Assembly: GCA_947479455.1 (NCBI GenBank)
Contig: CANJZE010000006.1
Location: 2,871-66,870 of the forward strand
Source: Bacteroidota bacterium
GTDB lineage: Bacteria; Bacteroidota; Bacteroidia; Chitinophagales; LD1
Direction of reading: 5' to 3'
DNA: 64,000 nt
Shown piece by piece: positions 49,373-58,585 of this stretch. The notes under the pieces were generated by a model. That model was not told where the DNA came from, searched no databases, and worked only from the letters and a program-made list of their open reading frames with translations. Numbering within the stretch: position 1 is the stretch's first letter; each line of letters starts with the position of its first letter. The position numbers and the translations under genes were made by a program.

Positions 49373-50524
49373 TCAACGGTCTGACCTTCGGTGCAGACTA
49401 CGTTCGCAACTGCTCCAAAGTTTTTGAGCAGTCAAATCCCAACTGAATTTTTTGATTTGTGCTTTTCCTTTTTCTATCAGAGAATTTCGAAGAGCATAGT
49501 CTTCTACTATTCTTTTCATAGACGCAGAAATTTCTTCTACTGAATTTGGATTCACTAACAAAGCAGCATCACCCCCAGCTTCGGGCATTGAAGTAATGTT
49601 CGAAGCAATCACCGGCACTTCGCAACTCATAGCTTCTACAATAGGAATTCCGAAACCCTCGAAAAGTGAAACGTAAACCATGGCATAAGCACTTGCCACA
49701 ATTTCACCGAGTTCATTTGGGAGAATGTGTCCAAGGAATTTCACATCTGCCTTAAACTTCATCTGCAAATGAGTTTCATTCACATCAGTAAAGTCCCATG
49801 CTTTTCTTCCAACTATTAAAAGTTTGAAATCAGAATTAGTGGCTTGTTTGAATTGCTCGAACGCCAACAACAACCGCTTCACATTTTTGCGCGGATGAAT
49901 AGAGCCTACATACACGAAATAACGTTTACCATAGGCATATTTCTGTTCTACAGATTCTTTAACCGTATTGTTTGCAGGTTTGTAAACTTCTTTAGCTCCA
50001 TTATAAACCACATCAATCTTCTCGGCCGAAACAGGATAGTGTGAAACAATATCTTGTTTCGAAAATTCGGAAACGGTAGCTATGCGATTTGCTTTTGCGG
50101 CAAAACGCGGCATAAAGTATTGATAGTATTTTCTGGTAAGAAACGATACATGCTCAGGAAAATGTTCGAAGGCTATGTCATGAATAACGAGCACTTGAGG
50201 AACACTACTATTTAAACATCCATAGCCGTCAGTAGATAAAAACAAATCAGGTTTGTTTTTATTGAGCCAACGAGCTACTGAAATTTCGAACCACCAATAC
50301 CAAAGAAAAGGATGGCGTGCCTGCGGAAATAAAACAACAGGATGAACATTTTCAGAGAAGATAAATTCCTGGTCAAACTTCCTGTCGAACAAAAAGTAGA
50401 AATCAATTTCAGGATGCGCTTGTGTAATTCGCTTGAGCGATTCATAGGTAAACAAGCCAATACCTTCCAATTTGTTTTTAATCAGAAACCGTGTGTTGAC
50501 AGCTATTGCTTTGCGTTTGCTCAC
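49373..50524 (-). CDS. GT4-family (GT-B) glycosyltransferase
   Basis: C-terminal EGFGIPIVEAMSCEVPVIASN...E motif (EX7E type). Confidence 0.88.
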   Translation of the reverse strand: MSKRKAIAVNTRFLIKNKLEGIGLFTYESLKRITQAHPEIDFYFLFDRKFDQEFIFSENVHPVVLFPQARHPFLWYWWFEISVARWLNKNKPDLFLSTDGYGCLNSSVPQVLVIHDIAFEHFPEHVSFLTRKYYQYFMPRFAAKANRIATVSEFSKQDIVSHYPVSAEKIDVVYNGAKEVYKPANNTVKESVEQKYAYGKRYFVYVGSIHPRKNVKRLLLAFEQFKQATNSDFKLLIVGRKAWDFTDVNETHLQMKFKADVKFLGHILPNELGEIVASAYAMVYVSLFEGFGIPIVEAMSCEVPVIASNITSMPEAGGDAALLVNPNSVEEISASMKRIVEDYALRNSLIEKGKAQIKKFSWDLTAQKLWSSCERSLHRRSDR

Positions 50525-50561
50525 CCGACAATAATATTACTTTTAGCCGTTGTAGTTCACG

Positions 50562-52010
50562 ATGCGGAAAAAATTTGCCACCAACCTTATTTTCCTTTTT
50601 GCGATTAACCTTATAGTTAAGCCGTTTTGGATTTTTGGTATTGACCGTGTAGTGCAAAACAAAATAGGCACAGTTGATTATGGTCTTTACTTCGCGCTTT
50701 TCAATTACTCTTTCCTCTTCAATATCATTCTCGATTTCGGTATCAACAATTTTAATAATCGAGCAGTTTCAAGAAACTCAAAACGCTTAGACGAATATTT
50801 TTTGAATCTTGTAGTGATAAAGTTTTTTCTCGCCATAATTTATTTCTCGCTCACTTTCTTATCAGCTTACTGGAGTGGCTACAACGAGTTGCAATTAAAA
50901 ATGTTGTTGGCGTTGGTGGTAAATCAAATTCTGCTTTCGGCTATCCTATACTTCCGTTCTAACATTGCGGCACTGCAACTTTTTAAAACTGATTCTGTCG
51001 TTTCAGTTCTCGACCGCTTGCTAACGATTGTATTTTGTCTTGCATTGCTTTATTATCCTGCTTTCAAAGATTCGTTCAACATTATGTATTTCATTTATGC
51101 GCAAACTGCTGCACTCTTTATTACCGCACTTGTTGCTGCATTCATTGTTGGCAATAGAGTTGTAGTGCGTGTAAAAATTTGGCAACTGAAACTCACGCGA
51201 AAAATTTTACTCAAAAGCGCACCCTTCGCTTTACTCGCATTACTCATGGGAATTTATTATCGAATTGACGGAGTAATGATTGAACGAATGTTACCCGATG
51301 GGAAAAATGAAGCAGGCATTTATGCGGCTTCATTTCGTTTGCTCGATGCAGCAAATCAATTCGGATTTCTGTTTGCCACTTTGTTGTTGCCTTTGTTTGC
51401 TTCTATGATTAGGAAGAAAGAAAACATCAATGAATTAGTAAAGTTCAGTTCAGAATTGATGCTTGTGCTATCCATCATTGCATCAGGTAATTGCTATTTC
51501 TTCCGCAATGAAATAATGAGTTTGTTGTATCAGCATTCAACAGCTTACTGGGCAGAAATTTTCGGATGGCTGATGATTACGTTTGTGCCCATGAGCAGCG
51601 TTTACATTTTTGGAACCTTGCTAACTGCACATGGGAATTTGAAAATTTTAAACAGCATCGCAGTTGTGGGAATGTTGTTGAATGTGTGTCTTAATCTCTT
51701 TTTCATTCCCGCATACGGAGCGTTGGGCGCAACATACGCTACGCTCATAACCCAATTGTTAGCTGCAGTCATTCATTTCATTGTAGCGCATCGTCAGTTT
51801 AATCTAAGCTACGACAGAACCGATGCGTTAAAGATTTCTGGCTTTATCATCGGCTCAGTAGTTGTCATTTTTACATCACTAAAAATCCCCGTTGGATGGC
51901 TTGCTGAGTTAATGATTTCTATAACAGGTTGTTTGCTTATTGCGGTTGCATTTAAACTCATTCCAATATCAAAACTCACTGCCCTTATCCGTACAAAAGC
52001 CGCTTCATAA
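50562..52010 (+). CDS. Wzx-like oligosaccharide flippase (MOP superfamily)
   Basis: About 12-14 TM helices. Polysaccharide-biosynthesis-protein pattern. Neighbours are glycosyltransferase and Wzy-like genes. Confidence 0.85.
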   Translation: MRKKFATNLIFLFAINLIVKPFWIFGIDRVVQNKIGTVDYGLYFALFNYSFLFNIILDFGINNFNNRAVSRNSKRLDEYFLNLVVIKFFLAIIYFSLTFLSAYWSGYNELQLKMLLALVVNQILLSAILYFRSNIAALQLFKTDSVVSVLDRLLTIVFCLALLYYPAFKDSFNIMYFIYAQTAALFITALVAAFIVGNRVVVRVKIWQLKLTRKILLKSAPFALLALLMGIYYRIDGVMIERMLPDGKNEAGIYAASFRLLDAANQFGFLFATLLLPLFASMIRKKENINELVKFSSELMLVLSIIASGNCYFFRNEIMSLLYQHSTAYWAEIFGWLMITFVPMSSVYIFGTLLTAHGNLKILNSIAVVGMLLNVCLNLFFIPAYGALGATYATLITQLLAAVIHFIVAHRQFNLSYDRTDALKISGFIIGSVVVIFTSLKIPVGWLAELMISITGCLLIAVAFKLIPISKLTALIRTKAAS

Positions 52011-52065
52011 ATTATTTTACTTTAGCGCGCTTTCGAAGCAAAAACATCATTCTTAAAAATTAAAC

Positions 52066-53007
52066 ATGGATAAAGAATTTAATTTACTTACGGCTATTCG
52101 CACACTCCTTAAATGGAAGAAACACATTCTCACATTAACTATTTTTTCTGGTTTAAGTGCGGGTCTGTTTTCGGTGTTTGTTATGGATGAATGGTATTTT
52201 TCTTATGCTACTTTTTATCCAAACAATATGTCGCTTTCAGACCGCGGAGTTTTGTTTGGTGAAATTGCCACTTACATTGAATACTTCGGAGGAAAGGCCG
52301 ATGTGAATCGCATACTTACCATTGCCAACTCAAATCCTGTACTCGATTACGTGATTGATTCGTTTCAGATTGCCGAACATTATAAGGTAGACAAAAGCAA
52401 ACCTTATTGGCGAACCATGGTTCGCAAAAAATTTGAAAAAAAATACGAAGCCATAAAAACAGAGCGTGATGCCATTCAAATTTCTCTCTACGATACCGAC
52501 CCAAAATTGGCTGCTGATATCATTAATACTGTTGTACATCGTGTGGATGAAATAAACAAACAGCATGCTAAGGATGCCAAAGCGAAACAATACGAAGCCA
52601 TCAAATTACAGACAAAAAAATTGCAACTTGATGTTACAGTTTACAGCGACTCGCTTGCACGTGTGGGAGAGCACTATAATATTAAGGTATCATCTGGCGC
52701 TGATGGCACAGTAATTATTGACGGCAAGGACTATAAGGCGGTGCAACTTTACAAACAGATTATGTCAAAACAGAGCAACGCAACCCGTGAGTTGAACAAC
52801 CTGAATAACATCATCGGACAAATTGAAGTAGCTAATCTTGGAAGCGAATCGTCACTTTATGTTTTGGAAAGCGCATTTCCTGCGGATAGAAGAGAAAAAC
52901 CTGTGCGCTCTTTAGTGGTGTTGGTTACGGTAATGATTACGCTTTTTATTGCTTTAATAAGCGCGCTTCTGTTTGAACAAATTACTGAAATTAGAAAACA
53001 ACTTTAG
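52066..53007 (+). CDS. Wzz-like chain-length determinant protein
   Basis: TM helix near the N-terminus and one at the extreme C-terminus, flanking a coiled-coil-rich region. Sits in a polysaccharide locus. Confidence 0.6.
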   Translation: MDKEFNLLTAIRTLLKWKKHILTLTIFSGLSAGLFSVFVMDEWYFSYATFYPNNMSLSDRGVLFGEIATYIEYFGGKADVNRILTIANSNPVLDYVIDSFQIAEHYKVDKSKPYWRTMVRKKFEKKYEAIKTERDAIQISLYDTDPKLAADIINTVVHRVDEINKQHAKDAKAKQYEAIKLQTKKLQLDVTVYSDSLARVGEHYNIKVSSGADGTVIIDGKDYKAVQLYKQIMSKQSNATRELNNLNNIIGQIEVANLGSESSLYVLESAFPADRREKPVRSLVVLVTVMITLFIALISALLFEQITEIRKQL

Positions 53008-54454
53008 TTTGAACCGCGCTATAGATAAAGTTCAAACAGGAGCGTTTACTTTTTTAGGAGCAGCTACTATTCTATCGGTGTTGGCAGCTTTCTTCGCTGA
53101 GCTTTATTACCTCGCGCTTATTCCTTTCGGGCTTATTGTTGTCTATCTCGGCATTACTAATTTTCGAATTCTGTATTACCTGCTGCTTTTTTCTATTCCC
53201 ATTTCAATAGAATTTAGTTTCTCCAATTCTCTTGCCACGGATTTACCCGATGAACCACTCATGATTGGCTTGATGTTGATTACGTTTGTCTTTATTTTTT
53301 CGAATTACAAATCTATTCCTACCAGTTTTTTAACACAGGTGATTGTACTTGCTTTAGTTGCTCATTTGTTTTGGATTTTTGTAACCTCCTTTACTTCCAT
53401 CAACGTTTTGGTTTCGTTTAAAATTTTTGCAGCAAAAATTTGGTATGCTACCACGTTCTGTTTACTCACCGCCATTGTTATAAAAACAAAGGAAGATTTA
53501 AAACAGGCCTTCTGGTCTATTTACATTCCGCTTACCTTGCTCATCATTCAAGTTATCATTCGCCATGGGTTACTCGGTTTTTCGTTCGATGAGATTAACG
53601 AACCCATGACTCCGTTTTTTAGAAATCACGTGAACTACGCGGCTATAGTTTCTATTTTTTTCCCTTTCATTTTGCTGGCAAGAACCTGGTATGAAAAAAA
53701 ATCCATTAAAATACGGCTACTCAATTTTTCAGTTCTGCTGTACATAGCAGCTATTTATTTGTCGTATACCCGCACTTGCTATTTAGCCTTGTTGGCAATA
53801 GTGCCCTGTTATTATGTTGTTCGTTTCAAATTGATGAAACCGGCTATTACCATTTTTGCAATGGCTATAACAACCCTCATGCTTTTCCTTTTTACCAACA
53901 ATAATTACCTGAGATTTTCTCCTACGTTTGAACAAACTATTTTACATGACGGTTTGGGCGATCATCTTTCCTCCACCTTTGAAGGAAAAGATGTTTCGAG
54001 TATGGAGCGCGTATACAGATGGGTAGCAGCCGCCCGTATGTTTCAAGATAAGCCCTTACTAGGTTTTGGTTCAGGAACCTTTTACCCTACTTACAAACGC
54101 TATACGGTTACCAGTTTTGAAACGTATGTAAGCGATAATCCCGAGCGTTCATCGGCACACAATCAAGCGTTACTCATTTTAACCGAACAAGGAATTATAG
54201 GACTCGCCATCTTTTTAATTTTATATGCCATCATTTTCATTCAGGGCGAAAAAATTTATCACCGTACGAAGAACGAAGATTCGAAACGTACGATCATGAT
54301 GTTGATACTTATGATGGCCATGGTGTTTGTAAATCTTACGCTCAGCGATATGCTCGAGAGCGACAAAGTAGGGCCTTTCTTTTTTATGGGAATTGCGTTG
54401 CTAGCAGCAATAGATATTCGCGAGCGCGGCTTACTTAAAGCGGAGACTAAGTAG
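52973..54454 (+). CDS. O-antigen ligase/polymerase (Wzy_C) family membrane protein
   Basis: Many TM helices and a large loop with RVYRW...GFGSGTF...AHNQAL motif. No ATG near the 5' end; the start may be TTG 52973 or TTG 53009. Confidence 0.8.
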   Translation: MNKLLKLENNFSLNRAIDKVQTGAFTFLGAATILSVLAAFFAELYYLALIPFGLIVVYLGITNFRILYYLLLFSIPISIEFSFSNSLATDLPDEPLMIGLMLITFVFIFSNYKSIPTSFLTQVIVLALVAHLFWIFVTSFTSINVLVSFKIFAAKIWYATTFCLLTAIVIKTKEDLKQAFWSIYIPLTLLIIQVIIRHGLLGFSFDEINEPMTPFFRNHVNYAAIVSIFFPFILLARTWYEKKSIKIRLLNFSVLLYIAAIYLSYTRTCYLALLAIVPCYYVVRFKLMKPAITIFAMAITTLMLFLFTNNNYLRFSPTFEQTILHDGLGDHLSSTFEGKDVSSMERVYRWVAAARMFQDKPLLGFGSGTFYPTYKRYTVTSFETYVSDNPERSSAHNQALLILTEQGIIGLAIFLILYAIIFIQGEKIYHRTKNEDSKRTIMMLILMMAMVFVNLTLSDMLESDKVGPFFFMGIALLAAIDIRERGLLKAETK

Positions 54455-55699
54455 AGTTATATCGTCATCAAAATCGGTGCCTTCCATAAAGGTAACCACC
54501 TCATCTAACAGTTGTGTATTGAAGGTATCGAGCGGGAGCGCGTGATTTCTGTTGGTATAGTCAACAATGCCTTCCATTTCAAACAGCGTTCCAGCTTTGT
54601 TGCTGGCTTCCGATAAACCATCGGTATAGGTTATCAAAATACTTCCTGGCTCTACTTTTACCTCGCCCGAGGTAATGTAGGGCAGGGTATCGAACATGCC
54701 CAAAATGGTGCAACCTAAATCGAGTAGTTGTACCGTTCCGTTCGAATATAAAATAGATGGGTTGTGACCTGCACTTACATACGAAAGCATTCGAGTGGTG
54801 TAATTGTAAGTGGCTACAAAAAGTGTAATGAATTTTTCGCCCTTTGTAATTTCAATCACCTTGGTGTTGAGTATATCAATAAACTGCTGTAATGAATATT
54901 TGCGGGTGAGCAAAATGCGCATGTTGGCCTGAAAGTTCGCCATTAAAATTGCAGCCGGAATTCCTTTTCCTGAAATATCGCTAATGCAGAAACCGACTTC
55001 GTTTTCATTAATGGTGATGAAATCATAGTAATCGCCTCCCACATTTTTGTGTGGTTTATAAAAAGCAGCTACTTCAATTTGTTCATTGTTTGGAAGTTTA
55101 GAAGGAACCAACATGTTTTGCATATCGGCAGCCAGTTTCAATTCCTTCTGCATGACCAATTGATCTAACTGGTTTTTGAAAAGTTTTTTGTTTTCATTGG
55201 CCACTACAATTACGTTAGTAATGGTTTGAATGAATTTTAGCTTTTCTTCTTTGGTATCGCTGGAGTCGTTACCAAATGCACCAATCAAAACAAAACCAAT
55301 GGGCTCTTTTTTGTGCATTACCGGAATCAGAAAATCAAAATCGTTCAGCACTTCATCATTCATGGCTTTAACCGGTGTGGTAAAAGTAAAGAGTGAAAAT
55401 TTAACTCCTACATCGTACTTTAAAATTTCAGGCGCGAGACCATCAGGGGTAATACACTCCCAGGTATCTTCTGTTTCTTTAATAAACAACGCCATTTGTT
55501 TTACACCTAACTGTGAATGCAAAATGTTTTCGTAGATACGGGCAAGCGCACTAATAGGCATGTTATTATTTACCGCGCGCGTAATTTCTAAGAGCGAATC
55601 AATTTGCTGCTGCTTAACGGCTAATAAACGCTCGGTAGAACCAAGACGTTTTTTAAAGAAATCGAGTTCAGAAAATTGTGGTTGTTGCGGTTCGGCCAT
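54431..55699 (-). CDS. GAF-domain PP2C/SpoIIE-family serine phosphatase
   Basis: N-terminal GAF-like region. C-terminal PP2C motifs (VGGDYYDF, ISDISGKGIPAA, YVSAGHNP, TDGLSEA, DDDITLL). Confidence 0.85.
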   Translation of the reverse strand: MAEPQQPQFSELDFFKKRLGSTERLLAVKQQQIDSLLEITRAVNNNMPISALARIYENILHSQLGVKQMALFIKETEDTWECITPDGLAPEILKYDVGVKFSLFTFTTPVKAMNDEVLNDFDFLIPVMHKKEPIGFVLIGAFGNDSSDTKEEKLKFIQTITNVIVVANENKKLFKNQLDQLVMQKELKLAADMQNMLVPSKLPNNEQIEVAAFYKPHKNVGGDYYDFITINENEVGFCISDISGKGIPAAILMANFQANMRILLTRKYSLQQFIDILNTKVIEITKGEKFITLFVATYNYTTRMLSYVSAGHNPSILYSNGTVQLLDLGCTILGMFDTLPYITSGEVKVEPGSILITYTDGLSEASNKAGTLFEMEGIVDYTNRNHALPLDTFNTQLLDEVVTFMEGTDFDDDITLLSLRFK

Positions 55700-55804
55700 T
55701 TTTTAATACTACGCGATTGAAATTACAATTTGCAAAGTATAAAATCTTACGCAGCTAATATGGTTTTGTTTTGCCTATAGTAAAACACAGCGTTTTGCTT
55801 GTGC

Positions 55805-55837
55805 AAAAAAAATCCCGAAAGGCTAACGCTTTCGGGA
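55805..55837 (-). terminator. intrinsic terminator after the SRPBCC/GyrI-like gene
   Basis: Minus strand reads TCCCGAAAG-CGTTAGC-CTTTCGGGA followed by TTTTTTTT. Confidence 0.88.
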
Positions 55838-55863
55838 ATTGAGAAAGAAGTTAAAATCAAGAT

Positions 55864-56880
55864 TTATTTAGCTGCGGCAGCATTGTTCACAAAGAAATAA
55901 ATCTTGGTGTTCCACTTGGTCGTATCTGTTTCGCTCATGGGGTCGCTAACATATTCTTCTACTACCATGTCGGGGTTCTCTCTACCAAGCGTTTTCAACT
56001 TTTCATTCATAGCATCGTAAGCAGGTTTCATTTTTTGATAATCGCCAAAGTAATTTATCAAGTATGCTTTTGATGCGGGCAAATTCAAATTGCTGTAGCC
56101 TTTTGCCAAAACATTTTTGTCTTCAAAAGGAATTGCCGCTGCTACATCGGCATTCATTGCTTTTTCATCGTACTTGTAAAATACGCCAAGAGGTATGCTA
56201 GGTTTTGCACCAGCTTTTAAAATGGCTTCATACATTTTACCGTAATGCTCACCAAAGAATTTCGGCATTTCAGCAAAGCCTACAACCTTACGAACAGCTA
56301 AGCAATTTTTTGCAGGCCAATCTACTTCCGTGATGTCATATTTAGGAGCGGCTTCACACATGGCTTTTAAGTTTGCTAAACCTTCTTCATAATCTTTACC
56401 GCCTGCTTTATCCATATTCATAAACAGCATCATAGCATTCATTGGAAAAGGCATGGTTCCTTTCATACCCCAAGTTAGTTTTTGTGCGCCTTCAACACTT
56501 TCCATAGTCATGTAAGCTTGGTTATGCGCTTCAAACGGAGTTAAAAAATCGAGCGCCCATTCCACACGGGCGTTGGGTTCAATTTTAGTAATGGTCATAG
56601 AACCTGCGCCTACTTTCTTGTTTCCTTTCCAGGTATGTTTAGCACCTATGGTTCCATCAATACCTTCTTCGGTTACTACCATGGTAGAATCTAATTTACT
56701 CCACGGGTTCCACTGGTTAAATGCTGCAAAGTGGCTGATGTTTTTAAAGACTGTTTCGGCAGGGGCGTTTATTACAATGCTTCGGCTGATATCAAATTTT
56801 TTGGGCGCAATAAGACCAGCTACTAAAACTAGAACCACTAGCACGGCTACGATGATTCCAATAATTTTTAAAATTTTCAT
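55864..56880 (-). CDS. membrane-anchored SRPBCC + GyrI-like ligand-binding protein
   Basis: N-terminal TM. SRPBCC-like (SIVINAPAETVFKNISHFAAFNQWNPW) followed by a GyrI-like/AraC-effector-binding-like C-terminal half. Confidence 0.7.
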   Translation of the reverse strand: MKILKIIGIIVAVLVVLVLVAGLIAPKKFDISRSIVINAPAETVFKNISHFAAFNQWNPWSKLDSTMVVTEEGIDGTIGAKHTWKGNKKVGAGSMTITKIEPNARVEWALDFLTPFEAHNQAYMTMESVEGAQKLTWGMKGTMPFPMNAMMLFMNMDKAGGKDYEEGLANLKAMCEAAPKYDITEVDWPAKNCLAVRKVVGFAEMPKFFGEHYGKMYEAILKAGAKPSIPLGVFYKYDEKAMNADVAAAIPFEDKNVLAKGYSNLNLPASKAYLINYFGDYQKMKPAYDAMNEKLKTLGRENPDMVVEEYVSDPMSETDTTKWNTKIYFFVNNAAAAK

Positions 56881-56958
56881 GGTGATGTGAATTTGGTTGG
56901 TTGTAAACCTAGAATTAAAATTCCTTTTGAAGAAACTTATTGTTTTCTCTGTGCTGAA

Positions 56959-57010
56959 GCACAGAGCAATTCATGACGCAATACAAGGAAAAAGCAGAGA
57001 GCAATTCATG
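56959..57010 (-). promoter_or_regulatory. 17-nt direct repeat (GCACAGAGCAATTCATG / GCAGAGAGCAATTCATG) upstream of SRPBCC/GyrI-like gene
   Basis: Copies at 56959..56975 and 56994..57010, 16/17 identical. Each carries an ATG on the minus strand. Confidence 0.6.
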
Positions 57011-57028
57011 GCTGATTAAAACAAATCA

Positions 57029-57065
57029 CAAAAAAAACAAAAGCCACTCTTGCGGGTGGCTTTTG
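57029..57065 (-). terminator. intrinsic terminator after the DUF5689 gene
   Basis: Minus strand reads CAAAAGCCAC-CCGCAAGA-GTGGCTTTTG followed by a T-run. Confidence 0.88.
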
Positions 57066-57090
57066 CTTGAATAAAGATTTTGAAGTTTAA

Positions 57091-58515
57091 TTATTGCACA
57101 TCGCTGAGTGAGCGTATTGAAAGTTGATATCCTGTTGTAAAATTTCCTAACACACCGGTATACGATTTGGGGCCAGAAGGAATGGCTGTTCCTGCAAAAC
57201 TTGCACCAGTAATTGTGCGATGTGTCAGTGTTCCTGTAGGATCAGTTAAAGTCAAATTTCCAGTATAAGTAGCACCGCCACTTATGCTAGCTGCATCTAT
57301 TTTAAGAAGGGTAGATTCCCATGCAGTACCATTAGCTTGCACTTGTGCGCAAGTGGCTGTGCGTGGTGTAATAGTACCACTGCCGGTAACTGTTGCATTT
57401 GCCAAAGGCACACCATACGGTGATGTTGATTTATCTATTTCCAAAAGTCCGCTGTAGGATTTGAGGGTTAAGCCCTCTACATTAATGGCTACTACATCGC
57501 CCAGATTTAAACTGTGAGCCGCGGCAAAACGAACAACAATACCTCCCGTAGAATCTTGAATGATTACGTTTTTAGAATCGGTGTTGCCATTTACTCGGTC
57601 TGAAATAACGGTGCCTCGCGCAATGGTTCCGGCAGGCAGGGTAACATCGCTGCCCACATACAAATTTCTGATAGCCATTAAACCGGTTCCACTTACTACA
57701 CCACCACCGCAACGAACACTATCTAAATGTAAATCCATTGCTGGGTCGCGGAGCAAGAGTTGCGCGCTAGAACCATACACACTGTAAATGCAGGTAATAG
57801 AACCATTTCCTGAAGGTGTAAGATCGTAAGCAAAATTAGCGAAACCGCTATTGTACGTTGCCAGCGAATGACCGCTGCAATCTTTAATGCTACGCGAAAG
57901 TGAAAACTTATTGAAACCATCGGCAAATGGTTTGCTAGCATCGCTCAATTGGTATTCTATATTTTTAATGAGGATTAAGCGGTTTTGATAATACAAACTG
58001 CTTGTGTTTAGTTGGGTAATACTTACCGTATCGGGAGCCACTTCATGATAGTAACTTCCTTTGATAATAAATTTATCGAAAAGCGAAGAAGGAATACCAT
58101 TGAAAGAACCATCTTCGGCAATGGAGCCGGCTATTTGAATAAGGTTTTTATACTGCGCCACCCAAAGCCCTTTTAGTTTAATAGCAATTCTTCTTCCAAT
58201 AGGATAGCTGGTGTAAATGGAACTTCCATCCAACAACAATACAATACCACCGGTAGAATCCTGCACTACAATTTGCTTGTAGAAATTTCCCGATTTATCA
58301 TCGGCTGTTACAATACCTACAATAGTTTTGTCTTCGGTAAACTGATAGTTAACACCGGAAGAAACAAAACGGCCCTTAACTGAATCAATCGAAAAGTTGA
58401 CGACCACGTTAGGGTCTTTTCCGCCATAAGGGGGGGTGTCGAAATTATCTTTTACACAAGAAGAAATTCCGGTGATGAAGAAGAAGGCGATTAGAATGCT
58501 GCTAATTTTATTCAT
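57091..58515 (-). CDS. DUF5689-like lipoprotein with two OB-fold-like modules
   Basis: Lipobox ITGISSC. Duplicated module with (V/I)QDSTGGIV(L/V) at two positions. Lies immediately downstream of the TonB-dependent receptor. Confidence 0.7.
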   Translation of the reverse strand: MNKISSILIAFFFITGISSCVKDNFDTPPYGGKDPNVVVNFSIDSVKGRFVSSGVNYQFTEDKTIVGIVTADDKSGNFYKQIVVQDSTGGIVLLLDGSSIYTSYPIGRRIAIKLKGLWVAQYKNLIQIAGSIAEDGSFNGIPSSLFDKFIIKGSYYHEVAPDTVSITQLNTSSLYYQNRLILIKNIEYQLSDASKPFADGFNKFSLSRSIKDCSGHSLATYNSGFANFAYDLTPSGNGSITCIYSVYGSSAQLLLRDPAMDLHLDSVRCGGGVVSGTGLMAIRNLYVGSDVTLPAGTIARGTVISDRVNGNTDSKNVIIQDSTGGIVVRFAAAHSLNLGDVVAINVEGLTLKSYSGLLEIDKSTSPYGVPLANATVTGSGTITPRTATCAQVQANGTAWESTLLKIDAASISGGATYTGNLTLTDPTGTLTHRTITGASFAGTAIPSGPKSYTGVLGNFTTGYQLSIRSLSDVQ

Positions 58516-58529
58516 GATTACTTGTTTGA

Positions 58530-58585
58530 GATTTATTGACTGTTCATTATTTACGATTAACTATTGCCTATTCACTTCTTACTAA
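58530..58585. repeat. weak 7-nt periodic tract (GATTTAT TGACTGT TCATTAT TTACGAT TAACTAT TGCCTAT TCACTTC TTACTAA)
   Basis: The TnnnnAT pattern recurs with period 7 between the TBDR and DUF5689 genes. More degenerate than the other arrays. Confidence 0.4.
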
